A model generated the notes under the pieces. It ran no database searches. It was not told where the DNA came from and saw nothing but the letters and a program-made list of their open reading frames with translations. This document shows positions 1 through 10,833 of a stretch of 64,000 bases of DNA, one piece after another; the first letter of the stretch is position 1, and every line of letters starts with the position of its first letter. Both the position numbers and the translations under genes were made by a program. Source of the stretch: Vampirovibrionales bacterium (GTDB taxonomy: Bacteria > Cyanobacteriota > Vampirovibrionia > Vampirovibrionales > Vampirovibrionaceae); the NCBI GenBank assembly GCA_035285165.1, contig JAYKHP010000018.1, positions 145,486 to 209,485 on the forward strand. Direction: 5' to 3'.

Positions 1-1628
<1,628 letters not shown>

Positions 1629-1795
1629 CTAGATGTTATTGAAGACGTCAATCTGAGTACTATAGCGTAAAGGACAGGGCGCGTTGCAGCTTGTAAATGA
1701 AGGTTTAGACAGGAAGCCCTGAGGCAGGGCCAACGGCTTGCAATTGCCTTTTGACTTCGGCGCGCCAGCGAATTATAGTGGAGCGTAACGGCTTT

Positions 1796-1886
1796 GGATC
1801 GGTGTCCGAGTGGTTTAAGGTGCAGACCTGGAAAGTCTGTGTTGGTGAATAGCCAACCGGGAGTTCGAATCTCCCCCGATCCGCCA
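1796..1886 (+). tRNA. tRNA-Ser (anticodon GGA), class II tRNA with long variable arm, encoded CCA
   Basis: GGATCGG acceptor stem pairs with CCGATCC, then discriminator G and CCA. D-arm GTCCGAGTGGTT. Anticodon loop CT-GGA-AA. Long variable arm GTGTTGGTGAATAGCCAACC. T-arm GGGAGTTCGAATCTCCC. Confidence 0.85.
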
Positions 1887-1939
1887 CTTACTATTGAGGG
1901 ATTTTGGATTGGCTGGGTTGTCTTAAAAATTATCAATGG

Positions 1940-2794
1940 TCAAAATGACCAGGGAGATTTGCGGATAGGGGTGTACGCATCATGTTCAAACACCAGCTCC
2001 ACCGTAATGGCGCTCATCGGATAGTTTATCTTTAGTGTCGGATATGGTGCGGCTTGATTGATGGCATCTAATACCGACTTATCTACCATGGGAACACAGG
2101 AGAACTGAGTAAACTCATAGTGGATTATAGAACCGTCCTGCGTGTCGATTGTAACAAGCACGACGACCTCCTTGATGTTTTTATACGCTGGCGGTTTCCA
2201 TGCCTTTTGACTCAAGTAAGTCACTTTTTTCAGCCATCGATCCACTTCAGGGGTTTGGTAAACGCTCATCAACGCGGTTTGTTCATCTTCGCTGTGAGTC
2301 GTATAAAATTCAATCACGTCATATATCAGCTCAATTGTCACCGTATCGCCGATAAATCCAATCGGTGGCGATGTGACAGACGGCAACTCTCGCATCAAGG
2401 TTTCTCTGATAGCACTATCTATTGGCACATTGCCCGACGTTCTGATCACATCGAACGCAGTCACTTTTCCCAGCCGATCCACTTTAATAAGCATAACCGG
2501 CATTCTACCAGAATAATCCGAAGGTACTTTCCAATACTGAAATACCTGCTTTTGAACCGAATGCTTATAGCTATTTAAGCGCTTCAGTAATTCGCCATCC
2601 ATTGGCGTTGGACATTCCATATCCTCAAAGGCATTAGTAAAAGGCTTATAGGAACGCCGCTGCGTTGAGGTATTTTGAGTTGAACTTACCGCTTCGTACG
2701 GCGATTTGTATTTCGCCAGAACCGGTATGGAAGCCGCCATCAGCAACGTAAGTATAATGGTGGGTGCATATATTTTTTTTATGCGAGGCAGCAT
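1940..2794 (-). CDS. secreted or membrane-anchored protein with two tandem TonB C-terminal-like domains
   Basis: N-terminal hydrophobic segment (IILTLLMAASIPVLA). Two roughly 100-aa repeats, each ending in a TonB_C-like signature (GKVTAFDVIRTSGNVPIDSAIRETLMRELP and GSIIHYEFTQFSCVPMVDKSVLDAINQAAPYP). AT-richer than its surroundings. Confidence 0.5.
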   Translation of the reverse strand: MLPRIKKIYAPTIILTLLMAASIPVLAKYKSPYEAVSSTQNTSTQRRSYKPFTNAFEDMECPTPMDGELLKRLNSYKHSVQKQVFQYWKVPSDYSGRMPVMLIKVDRLGKVTAFDVIRTSGNVPIDSAIRETLMRELPSVTSPPIGFIGDTVTIELIYDVIEFYTTHSEDEQTALMSVYQTPEVDRWLKKVTYLSQKAWKPPAYKNIKEVVVLVTIDTQDGSIIHYEFTQFSCVPMVDKSVLDAINQAAPYPTLKINYPMSAITVELVFEHDAYTPIRKSPWSF

Positions 2795-2884
2795 TGTATG
2801 AACATCCCATCTCTATTAAATAACTCTGTAGAAACATAACAATCAACTAGGCAGACCCACCTGAAAGGCTATTTAATCACAAAT

Positions 2885-3016
2885 TTAAATTTCCTTACTC
2901 AGCGCGTCCCAGAGGATGGCCATGATGGCGAGATTGGCGCCGAAACCATGGACCAGGATTGAGGGCAGGAGCGATTTGCTTTGCTCATAAAGCAGGCCGA
3001 GAAGGCCTCCAAACAT
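2885..3016 (-). pseudogene. remnant 3' fragment of a CPBP-family intramembrane protease gene (41-codon ORF MFGGLLGLLYEQSKSLLPSILVHGFGANLAIMAILWDALSKEI)
   Basis: About 75% nucleotide identity to the 3' end of the intact CPBP gene at 3718-3850, and the same protein motif (LLYExSKSLLPxILVHGxGAxLxIMxILWDA). Confidence 0.5.
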
Positions 3017-3121
3017 AGCGGTTCAGGTTAATCCGTTCGGAAAAATACTCAACAAATAAAAGATTATAATCCTTATCGATAACCAGTAAGATATGAGTGT
3101 ATTTCAAGTTATCAATTTTTA

Positions 3122-3412
3122 ATGATCATTTCGTTTGCGGATAAAATGACCGAGGACATTTACCATGGGCGCGCTAGCAAGGCAGCCCTCAAATTCCCTG
3201 TGCTGCTGCACCGCATTGCCCAACGCAAATTATCCATTCTCAATCGGGCAAAAATCATACAAGACATTAAAGTTCCGCCTTCCAACCACCTTGAAATGCT
3301 AAAAGGTGATTTGAAGGGGAAATACAGTATTCGTATCAACAAGCAATGGCGCATCGTTTTCAACTGGACAGAAGTCGGCATTGAGAACGTTACCATAATG
3401 GATTACCACTAA
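3122..3412 (+). CDS. higB: HigB toxin (RelE/ParE superfamily, plasmid maintenance system killer)
   Basis: 96 aa. The C-terminus LKGDLKGKYSIRINKQWRIVFNWTEVGIENVTIMDYH matches the HigB signature (LKGDREG..SIRVN..WRIxF.....A..L.YEDYH). It lies immediately upstream of the HigA-like gene. Confidence 0.8.
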   Translation: MIISFADKMTEDIYHGRASKAALKFPVLLHRIAQRKLSILNRAKIIQDIKVPPSNHLEMLKGDLKGKYSIRINKQWRIVFNWTEVGIENVTIMDYH

Positions 3413-3430
3413 TTGGTGAGGAATCGGAAC

Positions 3431-3721
3431 ATGTTGCCTAAAAACAGAGCCCCTATTCATCCCGGTGAAATTCTGAAATATGAGTTTTTGGATCCGTTGG
3501 GGCTAACCCTGACCGCGTTTGCCAAGCATGTGAATTGGCCCCTGGCAAAAGTTAGCGAGATTGTTAACGGTAAACGAGGCGTCACACCTGAAACTGCACT
3601 ATCTCTTGCGGATGTTTTCGGAACAACCCCTGATTTATGGGTTGGTTTGCAGGCGGACTATGATATCTGGCAAGCCAGACAAACCCACAAAAAAAAGCCT
3701 CGTCTCTCAAAAGCATGTTAA
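3431..3721 (+). CDS. higA: HigA antitoxin (XRE-family HTH)
   Basis: PIHPGEILKYEFLDPLGLTLTAFAKHVNWPLAKVSEIVNGKRGVTPETALSLADVFGTTPDLWVGLQADYDIW matches the HigA family (HPGEIL.EFL.P..L....A..LGV....S.I.NGK..IT.EMA.RL...FG.S...WLNLQ..YDL). GAGGA Shine-Dalgarno sits 8 nt upstream of the ATG at 3431; the ORF track's 3413 start is probably too early. Confidence 0.8.
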   Translation: MLPKNRAPIHPGEILKYEFLDPLGLTLTAFAKHVNWPLAKVSEIVNGKRGVTPETALSLADVFGTTPDLWVGLQADYDIWQARQTHKKKPRLSKAC

Positions 3722-4524
3722 TACGACGGCTGTGTATTTATCGCGTCCCAAAGAATGAGCATGATGACCAGATCCGCGCCGAGACCATGCACTAAAATCG
3801 CGGGCAATAACGATTTGCTTCTCTCGTACAGCAGGCCGAAAATAACGCCGCCCAGGCAAACCAAAAACGTCAGGGCAATCTGCCAGGCCGGGGTGAAAAA
3901 ATATTGAATAATCACCCAGTGCCAGGCGCCAAAGAGTAACGATGACCACAGCAACGCATGCCATGGGCTGACAAAGCTTTTCAAACGTTCATAAACCACG
4001 CCCCGCCAGAAAAATTCCTCCACCACTGGATTCAGCGCTACAAAATAAATCACCAGCAGCCAGAAGGGTAGCCCAGGCGTAAGACCAATCGAAGCGGTGG
4101 CCTCAGGAAACGACTCCCAGTTGAGCATCGATTTCTTAAACCATAACCAACCCCCCTCCAGCACCAGCCACGTCAACACAATCAAGCCCGCCGTTAACAG
4201 CAGCGAACGTTTTTTGCAGGCCAGTCGCTTGCGCGGGTTTTGTTGATTGAGTCTGCGCTGACGATTAAGCAGGACCTGCAAATGGATCAGGAGTGTGGGG
4301 AAAACGCAGACAATTCCGCCATAGGCTAAAATAGCAATCCAGAAGGAATGAAACTGGTAAAACGAAATCCAAACGAGGGGAACAGGCAACAAAGCCCAAA
4401 GCAATAAAAGCGCCAAAACAACGCGCGACTCGCGACGAAGCTTCTGGCAAGTTTCCGCCTGCTCTGTCATCGAATCAGAGACGGTGCCTTCCACTAACAT
4501 CTGAAATAAACCTGATTGGGACAA
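3718..4524 (-). CDS. CPBP family intramembrane metalloprotease (CAAX protease / Abi family)
   Basis: Polytopic membrane protein carrying the CPBP motifs EEFFWRG (EExxxR), FGAWH (FxxxH) and LVHGLGAD (HxxxD/N-like). Confidence 0.75.
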   Translation of the reverse strand: MSQSGLFQMLVEGTVSDSMTEQAETCQKLRRESRVVLALLLLWALLPVPLVWISFYQFHSFWIAILAYGGIVCVFPTLLIHLQVLLNRQRRLNQQNPRKRLACKKRSLLLTAGLIVLTWLVLEGGWLWFKKSMLNWESFPEATASIGLTPGLPFWLLVIYFVALNPVVEEFFWRGVVYERLKSFVSPWHALLWSSLLFGAWHWVIIQYFFTPAWQIALTFLVCLGGVIFGLLYERSKSLLPAILVHGLGADLVIMLILWDAINTQPSY

Positions 4525-4660
4525 TATTGTTTAAGCTCCTGTTATTAAGAATCATAGACTCCTAGGCGATGTCTCATCCGTAAGGTTCTGTTAACTTACC
4601 TAGACAGCCCAGAAATATCGTAAAACCAGAAGTATTCTAAAAAGATGAGGAGAACTCACT

Positions 4661-4993
4661 ATGTTAGCAGGTTTAAAACTTCTTGAAAGCAAGCAGTCCC
4701 AAAACGGCAACGGTCGTTACGAACTGAGTGACAACCTTAATCAAGACGATGCGAACAGCCAGGAATCGCGTATCACGAATCGCAATCGTATTCAGCGTGA
4801 AGGCAAGCATAAGAAGAATCGATTAATGCGCCTGGCGGTTGGGGGCGCAATGTTGATGCTAACCCCAAAAAAGGGCGGGATCGTCAACACGTTAACCCGC
4901 GCAGTGGGCGGCGCCCTCGTGATTTATGGCGTCACCGGCTGGGATCCGCTCTCCGTTATCAAACGCTCATCGGATGATTATATGCCCGTTTAA
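4661..4993 (+). CDS. hypothetical small protein with a basic N-terminus and a hydrophobic C-terminus (DUF2892/YgaP-like tail YGVTGWDP)
   Basis: 110-aa ORF ending directly in a strong intrinsic terminator. Weak resemblance to the DUF2892 GWCP motif. Confidence 0.4.
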   Translation: MLAGLKLLESKQSQNGNGRYELSDNLNQDDANSQESRITNRNRIQREGKHKKNRLMRLAVGGAMLMLTPKKGGIVNTLTRAVGGALVIYGVTGWDPLSVIKRSSDDYMPV

Positions 4994-5007
4994 ACCACCT
5001 AGCAATG

Positions 5008-5038
5008 AAAAGAGGAGCCCGGCGCTCCTCTTTTTTTC
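5008..5038 (+). terminator. rho-independent terminator
   Basis: GAGGAGC stem, short loop, GCTCCTC, then TTTTTTT. Confidence 0.7.
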
Positions 5039-5091
5039 GTTTAACGATTAAAATCATTTGTTAATGAATCAGCGAAAAGGAAACCGAAACC

Positions 5092-5691
5092 ATGAACAAG
5101 AATCTTCCACAATCTCTTTTTAACTGGCATTCTCTCGCTTGCGTTGGCGTTATCGCGGCACTGGCGCTTTCGCTTCCCGCTTTCAGTGAAGGGAGTGACG
5201 TCAAAAATACGGCTGAAAAATCCGCCATGACGCATCGCCGGGCAGTAGCCGATGTGATGGACGCACAAGGCAAATCGCTGGGCAAGGCAGATTTTACCGA
5301 AACCGCCCAGGGTGTCTTGATTCACGCGCAGCTTAGCGGCGTGCCCGAAGGCTGGCATGGCTTCCACGTCCACGCGGTTGGGCAATGCGACCCCAAGGCC
5401 GCCAAAGGCGCTTTCACCTCTGCTGGCGGTCATTTCAACCCGGCAGGCAAGGAACACGGCTTTGAAAACCCCAAAGGGATGCATGTCGGTGACCTGCCGA
5501 ATGTCTATGTCGAGAAAGACGGTAAACTGCTGACGGAAACCTTGCTTCAGGGCGCGACACTGGAAAGCGGCCCAACGGCCCTTCTGGATAAAGACGGATC
5601 GGCGCTGGTGATTCACAGCACCAAGGATGACTACGCCAGCGATCCGGCGGGCAACGCGGGCTCCCGAATCGCCTGCGGCGTTATCCAGTAA
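5092..5691 (+). CDS. sodC: Cu/Zn superoxide dismutase, periplasmic, with signal peptide
   Basis: HGFHVHAVGQCD, GGHFNP, GDLPNV and a C-terminal HSTKDDYASDPAGNAGSRIACGVIQ are classic SodC copper/zinc ligand and disulfide motifs. GGAAACCGAAACC lies upstream of the ATG. Confidence 0.9.
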   Translation: MNKNLPQSLFNWHSLACVGVIAALALSLPAFSEGSDVKNTAEKSAMTHRRAVADVMDAQGKSLGKADFTETAQGVLIHAQLSGVPEGWHGFHVHAVGQCDPKAAKGAFTSAGGHFNPAGKEHGFENPKGMHVGDLPNVYVEKDGKLLTETLLQGATLESGPTALLDKDGSALVIHSTKDDYASDPAGNAGSRIACGVIQ

Positions 5692-5820
5692 AAAATTTCT
5701 TTTTGCCAAACAAAAACCAGGAGAGCGGATCGACGCTGTCCTGGTTTTGTTTAGCCTGATGTGGTTCTACACACGGATAATTCTAGCCTTTAAGCTTTAG
5801 GCGTTATTATCCTGTTGTCC

Positions 5821-6330
5821 TTACTCGGAGACGTTTGGTGGGTTAAGGCTCGGCACCGAAGTGGCGGGTGTGCTGCCGCCGCTGCCTGTGGTGGTTGACG
5901 GCGTTGACGAGTATGTCGTTGTCGAGGTGGTCGTGGTGCTGGTCATTGCGTCAGCGCCGAGCTTTTCGGTGGTAAAATCCACCACGCCCGGCTTGCCGAC
6001 GGCGGATAAACTCAACGTGTGCGTTCTGTCGCTATTGGCGGGAACCAAAAAGCTCAGGCCGAGGTCAGGAATCCGAACATTGACCGCTTCGGCGGCGCTG
6101 TTGTGCAGATGTAGCTCAAGCTTTGTGGGAGCGCCATTTTCAGGAAGCGTGGAAAGATCGATTTCACCGTTTCCTTCACCCACCTCAACCGCTCTTTTGT
6201 TAAGGTAATCGTTGGTGCTGATGTCATTCTCATCCAGCGCCTGGTTGGCCGAAGCCTGGGGAACAATAACAGCGGCGAGCGACGCCGCGAGGCTGACACC
6301 CAACAGTGAGGACAGTAATTTCTTGGACAT
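5821..6330 (-). CDS. secreted hypothetical protein with a Thr/Ser-rich C-terminal tail
   Basis: Signal peptide MSKKLLSSLLGVSLAASLAAVIVPQASA. The C-terminus is TSTTTTSTTTYSSTPSTTTGSGGSTPATS. The start is placed at the ATG that has an AAAGGG SD-like element upstream. Confidence 0.5.
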   Translation of the reverse strand: MSKKLLSSLLGVSLAASLAAVIVPQASANQALDENDISTNDYLNKRAVEVGEGNGEIDLSTLPENGAPTKLELHLHNSAAEAVNVRIPDLGLSFLVPANSDRTHTLSLSAVGKPGVVDFTTEKLGADAMTSTTTTSTTTYSSTPSTTTGSGGSTPATSVPSLNPPNVSE

Positions 6331-6488
6331 AATGCTAAACCCTTTCATTGGCTTAATAAATTTATGAGTTGATAAAATTTATTATTATTACGACTGCTAA
6401 AATCATTGCCCATCATCATAGGCAAGCCCGGCCATTAAAACTATTAGTCTAGCGGCCCTTAGCCAGTAGAGGGGGTTAACAAACCCAT

Positions 6489-7850
6489 TTACTGCCGAGG
6501 CTCCGGATAACGGGTGATCAGACAAGCGCTTCTGCCACGGGTAAAATAATTCCACAGCCATTGAAACAGCACCAGAATTTTGTTCTCAAAGCCAATCAAG
6601 TAGAAAATGTGGATGAAAAGCCAGACAAACCAGGCCGAAAAACCTTTGAGACGAAAGGCTCCCAAATCACCTACGGCGGCATTGTTGCCAATAATGGCAA
6701 GCGTCCCCTTGTCAACGTATCGAAACGGCTCGCTGCGCTGGTTTTTCAATCGAGCGGCAATCAAACGACCGACATAGCGTCCCTCCTGCATGGCCACCGA
6801 GGCCAGACCCGGCAGTGGCGTCTTGTCTTGTTCCGGTTGCTTCGAGTGGTGCGCGTAATGGGCCAAATCACCCACGACAAAAATCTCGGGATGGCCGGGC
6901 AGCGAAAAATCGGCGTTCACGATGAGCCTGCCACCGCGATCGAGGGATGCGCCGGTTTTTTCCGAAATCATCATACCAAGTGGCGAACTCTTGACGCCCG
7001 CCGTCCAAAGCGTGGTGCCCGCCTCAATCACCTCGGCCTGCCCGTGGCGTTCAATACAGACCTCACCGGGACGGATATCTTTGACCATCGCCCCCGTGTA
7101 TACCGTAACCCCCAGTTTTTCCAGTTGCAAAACCGCATGATCAATCAGATCAGTGCTATAAACCGATAAAATTTTAGGCGCGGCTTCCAGCAGGATAATG
7201 CGCGTATCTTCCATCCGGCAGCGATTGAACTGATCTTGTAACGTCACGTGGGCAAGCTCGGATAAGGTTCCGGCAAGCTCCACACCGGTAGGGCCACCAC
7301 CCACGATGACAAACGTCTGCCAGGCTTTTCGTTTAATCGGATCCTTTTCACGTTCGGCGGCTTCAAAAGCGGAAAAAACGCGACGACGAATTTCCAGGGC
7401 ATCTTCAAGCGTTTTAAGACTGGGCGCTTCAGGCTGCCACTGGTCATTGCCAAAATACTGATGAATCCCGCCAGCAGCAATCACCAGAGCGTCATAAGGC
7501 AACTGCTCATCGCGAAGCTGAACGGTTTTGTTTTGCGGGTCAATCCCCAGCACCTCGTCCATCAGAATTGAAATGTTTTTATACTTGCGCAAAATCGTTC
7601 GAAGCGGCGAGGCGATATCCCCGGCGGAGAGAGCCCCACTGGCCACCTGGTAAAGCAGGGGTTGAAAGAGGTGGAAATTGCGCTTATCCACCAAGGTCAG
7701 CTCAAGGGCTTCACAACGGGCATCGCCTAGAGCTTTTGCGGCATAAAGGCCACCGAAGCCGCCTCCCACGATCACGACACGGAATTTTTGTCCCGCCCCG
7801 GCGGCAGAATCAGGCACTTGCTGCATACTCATCAAGACAATCTCTTTCAA
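6489..7850 (-). CDS. ndh: type II NADH:quinone oxidoreductase (NDH-2)
   Basis: Two Rossmann dinucleotide-binding motifs, VVIVGGGFGGLYAAKAL and FVIVGGGPTGVELAGTL. C-terminal hydrophobic membrane-anchor region. The start could also be the ATG at 7832. Confidence 0.85.
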   Translation of the reverse strand: MKEIVLMSMQQVPDSAAGAGQKFRVVIVGGGFGGLYAAKALGDARCEALELTLVDKRNFHLFQPLLYQVASGALSAGDIASPLRTILRKYKNISILMDEVLGIDPQNKTVQLRDEQLPYDALVIAAGGIHQYFGNDQWQPEAPSLKTLEDALEIRRRVFSAFEAAEREKDPIKRKAWQTFVIVGGGPTGVELAGTLSELAHVTLQDQFNRCRMEDTRIILLEAAPKILSVYSTDLIDHAVLQLEKLGVTVYTGAMVKDIRPGEVCIERHGQAEVIEAGTTLWTAGVKSSPLGMMISEKTGASLDRGGRLIVNADFSLPGHPEIFVVGDLAHYAHHSKQPEQDKTPLPGLASVAMQEGRYVGRLIAARLKNQRSEPFRYVDKGTLAIIGNNAAVGDLGAFRLKGFSAWFVWLFIHIFYLIGFENKILVLFQWLWNYFTRGRSACLITRYPEPRQ

Positions 7851-8114
7851 GCCAATGTGTTTTTTTATTCTGGCAGAAAGCAGGCAAAAGAAATATATAC
7901 GCCCTTACCCAATTTGAAAACGGAGAGCTACTAGCCAAGTAGCTGATGTGCCAACCCTTTGAATGTAATAAAACCTTCCATGTAAGCGCTCCGTATAATT
8001 TAGTAACAAAAAACTTTCCTTCGTTAACGACATCTAACTTTCTTTTTTTCCCTTCATATTCCCCAATATGCCCTCTAAAGCGCACTCAGCTTTACTAAAA
8101 GGAGATCATTTTTC

Positions 8115-8603
8115 ATGAGAACCCCCCTTAGCGTTTTATGCATGCTGTTGCTTGCCGTCATGACAGCCCACACTCTCTCGGCAGTTGCCCAGACAGGCCC
8201 TGGCTCAGGCTCCCCCGGCGGTGCTGCGGGCGGCAATATCAATTCGGCAGGAGGTGTTAACAGCGCATCAACCCCTATTCAAGGCGCAAACCCCACCACC
8301 TCGCCTTCGGCAAACGTCGGCACGGGCAGCCAGATCCACAGTAATACAGGCGGTTCTAAAAACACTGGCGTTAATGCGGGCATCGACAGCAGCGTGGGTG
8401 TTTACAACGGAAAAGCCGGTGTTGACGCCAGCACCAGCTCAAACCTGCGCCGCCAAAACATGCCCAATGCCAACCGTCCGTTTGGCAATCGTGAAGTTCA
8501 AACCGGGACTGGCATGAATGTCCAAATCCAGCCGTCAACCGGCACACCCTCAACGACCACGCAGGGCGGAACCATGAACCCCAGCGCACCCGTAATGCAT
8601 TAA
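8115..8603 (+). CDS. secreted Gly/Ser/Asn/Thr-rich low-complexity protein
   Basis: Strong SD (AAAGGAG) upstream. Signal peptide MRTPLSVLCMLLLAVMTAHTLSAVA. Followed by a terminator hairpin. Confidence 0.55.
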   Translation: MRTPLSVLCMLLLAVMTAHTLSAVAQTGPGSGSPGGAAGGNINSAGGVNSASTPIQGANPTTSPSANVGTGSQIHSNTGGSKNTGVNAGIDSSVGVYNGKAGVDASTSSNLRRQNMPNANRPFGNREVQTGTGMNVQIQPSTGTPSTTTQGGTMNPSAPVMH

Positions 8604-8650
8604 GAGTCAATCCTGCCGTAATCGAAAACAGGATCATAACGAAGAAAAGA

Positions 8651-8690
8651 AAAGAGGAGCCTGCCGGTTGGATGCTCCTCTTTCTTGTTT
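8651..8690 (+). terminator. rho-independent terminator
   Basis: AGAGGAGC stem, 13-nt loop, GCTCCTCT, then a T-rich tail. The stem sequence closely resembles the terminator at 5008-5038. Confidence 0.6.
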
Positions 8691-8769
8691 GCTTGAAGCC
8701 TCCTCGAATAGCCGAGTCGGGTAATTTTTTTGGAATGCGTTTCTGTTATCTTGGACAGAATGTGAGCGG

Positions 8770-10785
8770 TTGAAACGAAAGCCCAAGCCTATGAATAATA
8801 GCGGACATTACCCCCAAGACAGCGACGGCGGACAGGCAAACAGCACGACAGCAATTATGAGCGCACCGTTAAAACGTCGCCCTCCCATGACCTCCTTTGG
8901 CGCTTACCTGACTTTGGATCCTGACACAGGCGACAAGCCCGCTACCGTTTTTCAACTATGGGCGCCCGGCGTTTCCTCTTCTGATGGCTCAGGTGTACAA
9001 CTGCTTTTGCCCAGACTGGGACAAAAGCACGCTATGAAAAAGGAAGAAAACGGGTTTTTCCGTCTCAAGCTCAACAATATCCCGGCAGGCACGCTCTATC
9101 ATTATGAAATTATCAGTAGCGGCAATGTTTTACCTGTGCCTGATCCTGCCTCTCGATACCAGCCCGAGGATGTCCACGGGCCCAGTTGCGTCATTGATCC
9201 CAACGCCTTTGACTGGGCCAGCACGGAAAACGACTGGAAGGGGCGACCGCTTGCGGAAACAATCATTTATGAACTGCACGTCGGAACGTATACTCCCGAA
9301 GGAACATTCAAGGCACTTGAGACAAAACTGGATTATTTATGCCAACTGGGCGTTACCGCCATCGAACTGATGCCGATCTCAGAATTTCCAGGCGGTAGAA
9401 ATTGGGGCTATGACGGCGTATTGCCCTTTGCCCCGGAAAGTCGTTACGGGCATCCCGATGATCTCAAGCGTCTGATTCAAAGTGCCCACCAAAAAGGGCT
9501 GATGGTTTTTCTCGACGTGGTCTACAACCATTTCGGCCCGGACGGCAATTACCTGCATGCTTACGCCCAATCGTTCTTCACCCGGAAGCACCAGACGCCT
9601 TGGGGGGATGCCATTAATTTCGACGATTCCGGCAGTGAGGTTGTACGGAAATTTTTCGTGGAAAACGCGCTTTACTGGTTAAACGAATATCACTTTGATG
9701 GCCTAAGGCTCGATGCCGTTCATGCGATTAAAGACAATTCCTCACCGGACATTCTTGAAGAAATTGCCGCAGCCGTCCACACGGCTGAAAATGCGCCAGG
9801 CCGGTCGCGCCATATTCACCTGATGCTTGAAAACGAGCGGAACCAGGCCCGTTACTTAAAGCCTGATCATTATGCCGCGCAATGGAACGATGATATTCAT
9901 CACGCCCTGCATGTTTTAATCAGCGGCGAAAGTTCAGGCTATTACGCCGATTACGCCGAGCGCCCCATCGAGCATCTGGGACGTTGCCTCAGCGAAGGAT
10001 TCGCATACCAGGGCGAAATTTCGCACTTTGGCAACAGCGAGCCCCGGGGCGAAAAAAGCGACGCGCTACCCAGTACCTGCTTTGTCTCCTTTATCCAAAA
10101 CCATGATCAGATTGGGAATCGCGCCTTCGGCGATCGTCTAAGCCATTTTGCCCATTTAGATAAATTGCGTGTCGCCGCCGAAATTTATCTTCTGGCCCCT
10201 CAAATTCCGATGCTGTTTATGGGAGAGGAGTGGGCCGCATCCACGCCGTTTACATTTTTCTGCGATTTTCATCCCGAGCTGGCGCAGGCCGTTACCGAAG
10301 GCCGCCGAAAGGAATTCTCGCGCTTTGAAGAGTTCAGCGACCCGAAAAACCGTGAAAAGATTCCAGACCCTTCAAGCCTCAACACCTATGAATCGGCCAT
10401 CCTGAAATGGGAGGAAAAAGACGAGTCCACTCACGCCCAATGGCTTCTGCTATACCAAAAACTGCTCTCCCTCAGGCAGCAGTTTATCGTGCCCTTTCTA
10501 AAAAACGCCTCCGGCAAGTATTCGTCAGAAGACGGCTGCGCGGAATTTATCACCTCGTATGAGGCACTGTCGGACGAGGCGGTTCATGTCAGTTGGCAGG
10601 CCAAGCGCGACGGGGGTGAAACGCTGTGGGTCTATGCCAATTTTTCAGAAAGAGACGTTCCCTGCCAGACCCCCAACCCGAGTAGGGTCTGCGAGGTTCT
10701 TTACGCAAGCGGTGATGAAAACGCAAAATCGCTCTTGCAAGGGAAAGTGCCGCCCTATTCCGTCACCTGGTTTTACGGATGTTAA
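8770..10785 (+). CDS. treZ: malto-oligosyltrehalose trehalohydrolase (GH13)
   Basis: GH13 alpha-amylase catalytic motifs DVVYNHFGP, GLRLDAVHAI, MLENERN and FIQNHDQIGNR, plus an N-terminal CBM48-like region. The true start may be the internal ATG near 8887 (MTSFGAYLTLD). Confidence 0.85.
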   Translation: MKRKPKPMNNSGHYPQDSDGGQANSTTAIMSAPLKRRPPMTSFGAYLTLDPDTGDKPATVFQLWAPGVSSSDGSGVQLLLPRLGQKHAMKKEENGFFRLKLNNIPAGTLYHYEIISSGNVLPVPDPASRYQPEDVHGPSCVIDPNAFDWASTENDWKGRPLAETIIYELHVGTYTPEGTFKALETKLDYLCQLGVTAIELMPISEFPGGRNWGYDGVLPFAPESRYGHPDDLKRLIQSAHQKGLMVFLDVVYNHFGPDGNYLHAYAQSFFTRKHQTPWGDAINFDDSGSEVVRKFFVENALYWLNEYHFDGLRLDAVHAIKDNSSPDILEEIAAAVHTAENAPGRSRHIHLMLENERNQARYLKPDHYAAQWNDDIHHALHVLISGESSGYYADYAERPIEHLGRCLSEGFAYQGEISHFGNSEPRGEKSDALPSTCFVSFIQNHDQIGNRAFGDRLSHFAHLDKLRVAAEIYLLAPQIPMLFMGEEWAASTPFTFFCDFHPELAQAVTEGRRKEFSRFEEFSDPKNREKIPDPSSLNTYESAILKWEEKDESTHAQWLLLYQKLLSLRQQFIVPFLKNASGKYSSEDGCAEFITSYEALSDEAVHVSWQAKRDGGETLWVYANFSERDVPCQTPNPSRVCEVLYASGDENAKSLLQGKVPPYSVTWFYGC

Positions 10786-10833
10786 TCCGGCACCAAAATT
10801 CACAACAAGCTATTTAGATAGAGCCAGCACATT

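Noticed and set aside
5041-5709. 222-aa ORF on the minus strand, fully antisense to sodC
   Set aside because: It overlaps a motif-confirmed SodC gene over its whole length. Its product has no motifs and an Arg/Ala-rich composition typical of antisense frames in GC-rich coding DNA.
6561-7169. 202-aa + strand ORF antisense to ndh
   Set aside because: Shadow ORF inside a well-supported NDH-2 gene.
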